A DNA stretch of 64,000 nt, from NCBI GenBank assembly GCA_029548865.1, contig JAKPMO010000028.1:39629-103628 (forward strand), given 5' to 3'. Both the position numbers and the translations under genes were made by a program. Below the pieces are notes generated by a model, which ran no database searches, was not told where the DNA came from, and saw only the letters and a list, made by a program, of their open reading frames with translations. Source of the stretch: Caldisericota bacterium. Lineage in GTDB: Bacteria; Caldisericota; Caldisericia; JAAYUI01. Shown here piece after piece: positions 58,822 to 64,000 of the stretch (position 1 is the first letter of the stretch; each line of letters opens with the position of its first letter).

Positions 58822-61428
58822 ATGAGATTCAGAAAGTTTGTTGTTCTTGCCACACTTTTGATGATTATTTGCTCGCAGATGGCGCTGGGGACAAGAGGAC
58901 AAACAGAACTGCAATTTCCAGCTTTACCCGAAGACGCTGTTGTTCTTGGAGGGGAAATAAATATCACCGGCTTTGATCCAAAAATCAGACAGGGAATCAT
59001 CCTCGACGAGAATGTTCAACAGGTTATTGGAAATGCGTATGGGCAACTTGATACAAGATACTGCAATGGGAAACTATATCTGACATTGCCGCTTGATGAG
59101 AAGAGCATCGAGAATGAAAACAAGAATTCTTTTTTACTTGAACAGTCAATATCTGGCACAAAACCTGTTGCCCTTCTCTCTGACAAAGCCGGTTTTTTAC
59201 CATTAAACAATCTGATATTTTATCGCAAAAATGATGACAAAATAAACACCGGTTCCAGTCTTATATTTTATAATATTGATGAAAATAGGACTGTTTTCAA
59301 AATTGATAATGTCAAACTCCCAACAGATGCTATTTCTGTTTCAAAACAACTGATTCTCATAAAAGATGGCGTTAGTAGCAAACTTTTCAAAACCAGCACG
59401 TGGACAAAAATTGTGGAATTCTCTGGGCCATTCAATTTTGATAGTGATGTTTTTGTCACAAACTCTATAATTTTAGATATCAACACATTGGAAGTAATTG
59501 CAGACATTTCAGAATACAATCTTGAAACTAGGCCAAGATTTGGTGGGTCCCAAATCTGGTTCAATTCGAAATATGACCAAAAAGATCCTTATCTTAACAT
59601 CGTAACAAGATTTTCAAGAGTTGGTCAGTTCTTAGGCAAAGAGGAGATTCGTTTGCCTGGTGTTATAAAGGAGAAAGAATCTTTCCAGCTTGTTGATTTA
59701 CATGAAAACCTTGCCCTTGGGCTTATCTTAAGACCATATTCCAGAAGCTACAGGGTTTTTGAAACCAGGAACGGAAAGATTTTATGGGAAGTCAATTTCG
59801 AAAGGGATTCTGAGGACTACTGTTATTTTTACAAATCAAACCTGCTTATGGAAACTATCCATGGAATAAAATTAATAGATCTTAAGACATTCAAGATAAC
59901 GCGCTGCATAGATTTTTCGAAATATCCACAAATCTTGTCCAGTGGGAATACTAAAGTTCTCGTTTCCAGTGGTTTTGACGGCAATTGCCCATTAAAAATA
60001 GCCTATATGCTTGATGCAAACCTTCAACCCATACTTTACACAAAAACAGTTCTCCCTTTTGATCTGGATTTCTTTTTTCTCCATGAAGATAAAATTATTT
60101 CTGTCAGTTCATCTCCTTGTGTGGAATCCAATAACATAAACAATTGCAAGAGGATAACTATCAGCCATTCAGAATTTGGATCACTGGGGCCTTTCAAGAA
60201 GATTGTATTGGAAAATATCAATTCAGAGGATGCCAAAGAAGACGCTTTCATCGGGAACTATTTTCTGGCATACAGCAATTACGGAATAACCGCCTACAAT
60301 ATTGATGATGGCAGTCCTGACTATTTTTTAAAATTTCCAGAGCCAGAACAAAAGGGGATGGTTCCAGAAATCCATCTCGAAAGTCATTTTCTCGTAGTTC
60401 ACGCAAGATCAAACCAATACGCAAATGGCAAGTGGAACCATTTGTATTGCTTTGATCTTGAACCCCAGAAAATGCTTTTTGATATGGAGTTTGAAGATAA
60501 AAACACAAAAATAATGGCCATTGACGATGAAGCTATATGGGTTTCTGGTGAAAAAAACCAATATAATGTTCTACGCTTCGCTGGAGAGCCATTAAAATTC
60601 GACAATGTTTTTGCATATCATAAAAACATTGTCTATATGACGAAAATTGTGTATTTAAATGGATCAGAAAAATATTTCCTTGTTTCCCATAATATAAAAA
60701 ATGGGGCAGAAAAAGAAATTCAGTCTGAAAATCTTCCACCATCGCCAATTTTTTATTTAAATGATCTTTATTACTCAAATAAAGGTTTTTATTCCCTTGA
60801 TCCCTATCAACACATCCAACAGAATCTTGGAGAATGGCTAAACCTTCAAGATAATGATGATAAGGTTCTTCTCCAAGGGATAAACTTCTCTTTTGATGGA
60901 AAAAGAGGCAATGGAGTATTAACAAAGCTCTCCCCATGCCCGTCATTCTCAGTCAAGAGAACAGGGAAGGGTGGGGTAAAGAGTGGAGGTGGTGACAGAA
61001 TCACAGGGGACAAGGATAAAGTGGATGGGGTAGGTGAAGTAAACGAGGTTAGCTTTGAGTTCAAGAATACAAGGGAGGATGGAAGAGATCTTGTGTTGAA
61101 AGGGGAGGTATATCTGGTTTCTTGGGGAGATGATGGGAAGGCACCTGTGTTTGCTAAATTGAATGAACCTAGACATAAGTTAGGTCCCCTTCTTCCAGGG
61201 ATGTCACAGGAGATTACATTCAAGCTTCCTGAGCCACCTTTATTGGAACATAATCAGAAAGGCGAGGGGAAGTATTTTGCTCTTATTGTTGAGTCTAATG
61301 GGTTAATGGATAGGGAGAAGTCTGTTCTTTCTGAGTATGATAAAGATCCCAGGCCTCTTTTTGATGGGACTCCTGTTGCTCTTGACCAGCAGAAGGCCAT
61401 TGCCGTGACTGTGTGGGGAAGACAATGA
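58822..61428 (+). CDS. Secreted beta-propeller-like protein with conserved C-terminal domain
   Basis: Signal peptide, GAGGAGG SD; C-terminus shared with the downstream paralogue. Confidence 0.8.
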   Translation: MRFRKFVVLATLLMIICSQMALGTRGQTELQFPALPEDAVVLGGEINITGFDPKIRQGIILDENVQQVIGNAYGQLDTRYCNGKLYLTLPLDEKSIENENKNSFLLEQSISGTKPVALLSDKAGFLPLNNLIFYRKNDDKINTGSSLIFYNIDENRTVFKIDNVKLPTDAISVSKQLILIKDGVSSKLFKTSTWTKIVEFSGPFNFDSDVFVTNSIILDINTLEVIADISEYNLETRPRFGGSQIWFNSKYDQKDPYLNIVTRFSRVGQFLGKEEIRLPGVIKEKESFQLVDLHENLALGLILRPYSRSYRVFETRNGKILWEVNFERDSEDYCYFYKSNLLMETIHGIKLIDLKTFKITRCIDFSKYPQILSSGNTKVLVSSGFDGNCPLKIAYMLDANLQPILYTKTVLPFDLDFFFLHEDKIISVSSSPCVESNNINNCKRITISHSEFGSLGPFKKIVLENINSEDAKEDAFIGNYFLAYSNYGITAYNIDDGSPDYFLKFPEPEQKGMVPEIHLESHFLVVHARSNQYANGKWNHLYCFDLEPQKMLFDMEFEDKNTKIMAIDDEAIWVSGEKNQYNVLRFAGEPLKFDNVFAYHKNIVYMTKIVYLNGSEKYFLVSHNIKNGAEKEIQSENLPPSPIFYLNDLYYSNKGFYSLDPYQHIQQNLGEWLNLQDNDDKVLLQGINFSFDGKRGNGVLTKLSPCPSFSVKRTGKGGVKSGGGDRITGDKDKVDGVGEVNEVSFEFKNTREDGRDLVLKGEVYLVSWGDDGKAPVFAKLNEPRHKLGPLLPGMSQEITFKLPEPPLLEHNQKGEGKYFALIVESNGLMDREKSVLSEYDKDPRPLFDGTPVALDQQKAIAVTVWGRQ

Positions 61429-64000
61429 TAATAACTTTGTATGCTGTTTTTTTGAAAACAATTCTCAGTCGGCAAAAAAAAGGAAATGAAAAACATCAAT
61501 TACAAAACAAATCTATTGTTAGCAATGCTTATCTTCGTATCAAATTTAGCTGGAGTGGCTCCCTTGGACACACTCTCTATTCAAGGCGTGGATTCATGGG
61601 AAAACCCTTATTTTGATTCTGCAAACACAGCATATCAGGACGAATTGCTGAATTATCCTGTATTACCTTCTGGGATGTTTCTCAATGGAGGAAAAATAGG
61701 CTTGCCAAATCTTGGGCAAACAAATTACGATTATTTTGAATACGCACGGCCAATACTATACACGCAGGACAAAACCAGCTTCAAAAAATACGCACTCCCA
61801 TACAGGTATACTATTTTCAAGGACGGTCATTTGTTCATGTCTCTTGAAAATGATGGTTATTCCATAATCATCGATGGAGACAGCGAAAATTACTCGCCTT
61901 CTTACATCACATCAGCAAAACCAATACCAGGAACAGATATCGTATACGATTTCAAAATAGGCAAGCTCTCCTTTTATGATGAGCGTGGCCTTCTCTGGGA
62001 AAAACAACCATCCTATGGCAATGTATCAAGAATCTGGGGTGATCTGGCATATTGCGACGGAGAAATAAGAAACATAAGAACGGGCGAACTGTATAAACAG
62101 CAATCATGGGGGATTTCTGATGGCGATGTTTGTTGTGTCGATGTCTTTGAGCGTGACGTCAAAGGAGCAAGCCAATTCAAACACACGCTGGTATTCAGAT
62201 GCCAGGATGGCTCTGCAATCGGTTTGATCCCATATCATATTGATAAAATAAAAAGCGACTGCCTTGAGGCGTATGAAGATGACACAAAAACAATTCACAA
62301 GCTAACTTCTGTTGTGCGTTTTTCCAAAAAAGACTGCAGTTTTATCGAAAAACTGGAGGTTAGCGAGGAACAGGCCAACAATGGATGGATACTTATCGAT
62401 TCATATCGGAACATGGGACTGCTGAAATCTGGATCAAATTGGTCCATTGTGAATCTGGTCACTGGAAAAGAATGCCTCGGCTTTAAAGACAACCAGCCAC
62501 CTGAGTCGGTGTATTTTGGAAATGATGGATTGATGGTGTGTGTTTTTAAATTTGGCGTGCAGCTTTATGACCTAGACGCGATAGAACCAACTGGCAAACC
62601 GCAAATCATACAAACAGATGGCAAACGCAATAATAAAATATATTGGCCAGAATCGTGCGATTTCAAGTTCTCAAGGGACAACCTTCTCTATCTAAAAACA
62701 ATCGAGGATGGATCACAAGTTGTTTCTTGTGATCCTGATACTCTTCAGGTAAAGGCGTCAAATGGGATGAAATTGCCAGGTGTTTTTATCAATACAGAAA
62801 CAGCCAGGTCACTCATCTCAAGAATCAGTTATGACAACAACAAATACACCAAAATATACGAAGATAAAGGAGCGGTGTCGATAGATCTGTGGTCTGTTGG
62901 AAAATCCAAACCTCTGGTGCATTTGAGCTCAGATCTGAACGGATTAAAACATATTGGCCCTGTCACTTGGAAAGATGGGAGTTTCTTTCTAACATTTCTC
63001 TCAGAAAAAGACAAATATGAAACTTTCAGTATTTTACAAATAGATTCCAGAAATGGACAAATAATAAAAGAATATAAAATAAATGACAGAGCATTCAAAT
63101 CATACGATCACGACAACGAACGCTTGCTTGCAGTGGACGAAAAGCGCGTTGTGGTTCTTAACTCCCACAACATTTGGTGCATAAACCGGCAAACCGAAGA
63201 AATAGAAAAAATAGAAATTCCGGATCTCCTGGAAAATTTTGTACCAATACTTGTTGGTAATTATTTGCTTGTTGACGACAATGCAATGGGGATCGTTCGG
63301 GTTGTCAATCTGGCCATTGGCGAGGTCTGGAAAAATTATTATCTGATAGGCATCCAAAACAGTTGTGCGTATCTGTTGCCAGACAAATCAAGCATTCCAA
63401 GAAAAATAAAAATAATAGATTCAAAAAACAACACTACAACAGACATTGTGGCACCACAAATTCTTCAAAATAAACAATACGCGGCAGTCTCAACCTGTAA
63501 AAATGCTTTTCTCATGAATGGCGCAATTTTGAGCAACAAATTTGATCTTGTCCAAAAGATTCCTGAGCATTCAAAATCTGAGTCTATATTCAAAATTTTT
63601 GGCGGATCAGCATATGCTAACAAAGATGGTTCATTATTCAAGCTCTCCCCATGCCCGTCATTCTCGGTCAAAAGGACAGGGAAGGGTGGAGTAAGGGATA
63701 GAGGTAATGACAAGATCATGGGTGACAAGGATGGAGCAGGTGAGGTTAGCTTTGAGTTTAAGAACACAAGGGAAGATGGAAGGGACCTTGTGTTGAAAGG
63801 GGAGGTGTATCTGGTTTCTTGGGGGGATGATGGGAAGGCACCTGTGTTTGCTAAATTGAATGAACCTAGACATAAGTTAGGTCCCCTTCTTCCAGGATGT
63901 CACAGGAGATTACATTCAAGCTTCCTGAGCCACCTTTATTGGAACATAATCAGAAAGGCGAGGGGAAGTATTTTGCTCTTGTTGTTGAGTCTAATGGGTT
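60925..64000 (+). repeat. Long direct repeat: 60925-61304 versus 63640-64000 (truncated by the window end)
   Basis: Near-identical nucleotide sequence apart from an 18-bp linker indel, scattered substitutions and a 1-bp deletion. Confidence 0.9.
61486..64000 (+). CDS. Tandem paralogue of 58822..61428; runs off the window; 1-bp frameshift near 63896
   Basis: ATG 61486 MKNINYKTNLLLAML...YPVLPSGMFLNGG; frame stays open to the window end (hence absent from the ORF track); 63640-64000 nearly identical to 60925-61304. Confidence 0.75.
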   Translation, partial: MKNINYKTNLLLAMLIFVSNLAGVAPLDTLSIQGVDSWENPYFDSANTAYQDELLNYPVLPSGMFLNGGKIGLPNLGQTNYDYFEYARPILYTQDKTSFKKYALPYRYTIFKDGHLFMSLENDGYSIIIDGDSENYSPSYITSAKPIPGTDIVYDFKIGKLSFYDERGLLWEKQPSYGNVSRIWGDLAYCDGEIRNIRTGELYKQQSWGISDGDVCCVDVFERDVKGASQFKHTLVFRCQDGSAIGLIPYHIDKIKSDCLEAYEDDTKTIHKLTSVVRFSKKDCSFIEKLEVSEEQANNGWILIDSYRNMGLLKSGSNWSIVNLVTGKECLGFKDNQPPESVYFGNDGLMVCVFKFGVQLYDLDAIEPTGKPQIIQTDGKRNNKIYWPESCDFKFSRDNLLYLKTIEDGSQVVSCDPDTLQVKASNGMKLPGVFINTETARSLISRISYDNNKYTKIYEDKGAVSIDLWSVGKSKPLVHLSSDLNGLKHIGPVTWKDGSFFLTFLSEKDKYETFSILQIDSRNGQIIKEYKINDRAFKSYDHDNERLLAVDEKRVVVLNSHNIWCINRQTEEIEKIEIPDLLENFVPILVGNYLLVDDNAMGIVRVVNLAIGEVWKNYYLIGIQNSCAYLLPDKSSIPRKIKIIDSKNNTTTDIVAPQILQNKQYAAVSTCKNAFLMNGAILSNKFDLVQKIPEHSKSESIFKIFGGSAYANKDGSLFKLSPCPSFSVKRTGKGGVRDRGNDKIMGDKDGAGEVSFEFKNTREDGRDLVLKGEVYLVSWGDDGKAPVFAKLNEPRHKLGPLLPGCHRRLHSSFLSHLYWNIIRKARGSILLLLLSLMG

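Noticed and set aside
60925..64000. Diversity-generating retroelement TR/VR pair
   Set aside because: Substitutions go in both directions (A>G and G>A) and include indels, both copies are coding, and no reverse transcriptase is present in the window
1..64000. tRNA or rRNA genes
   Set aside because: No cloverleaf/T-loop or rRNA-like sequence was recognised by eye in the intergenic regions; tRNAscan-SE or Infernal would be needed to exclude them

Overview
Bacterial chromosomal window. The many secreted proteins ending in copper-amine-oxidase-like 'stalk' domains suggest a Caldisericota-like anaerobe, but this is inference only. (1) 0.1-8.9 kb is a defence-type island: type III R-M res and mod, split by an HTH-ImmA/IrrE plus PIN (DUF4411-like) cassette that sits between exact 60-bp direct repeats, then a membrane-anchored PLD-family gene. 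(2) 9-17.5 kb holds large secreted proteins. (3) 17.6-33.2 kb on the minus strand is the main candidate novel system: a compact ~15.5-kb head-plus-non-contractile-tail operon (TerL, portal, protease, capsid, connectors, tail tube, frameshifted chaperone, tape measure, tail tip, amidase). It has its own near-consensus sigma70 promoter and a terminator. It has no recognisable integrase, replication, repressor or small terminase gene, so it looks like a domesticated gene-transfer-agent (GTA)-like element. One ~70-aa domain is inserted in three of its virion proteins, and its amidase carries the host stalk domain. (4) 33-58.6 kb holds host genes (NHL protein, glycoside hydrolases, P-type ATPase, miaA, metK, signalling) plus an AT-rich RloC-like gene next to REP-like palindromes. 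(5) 58.8-64 kb holds two tandem secreted paralogues with divergent bodies and near-identical C-terminal DNA; the second copy has a 1-bp frameshift. All calls come from motif reading; no database searches were run.
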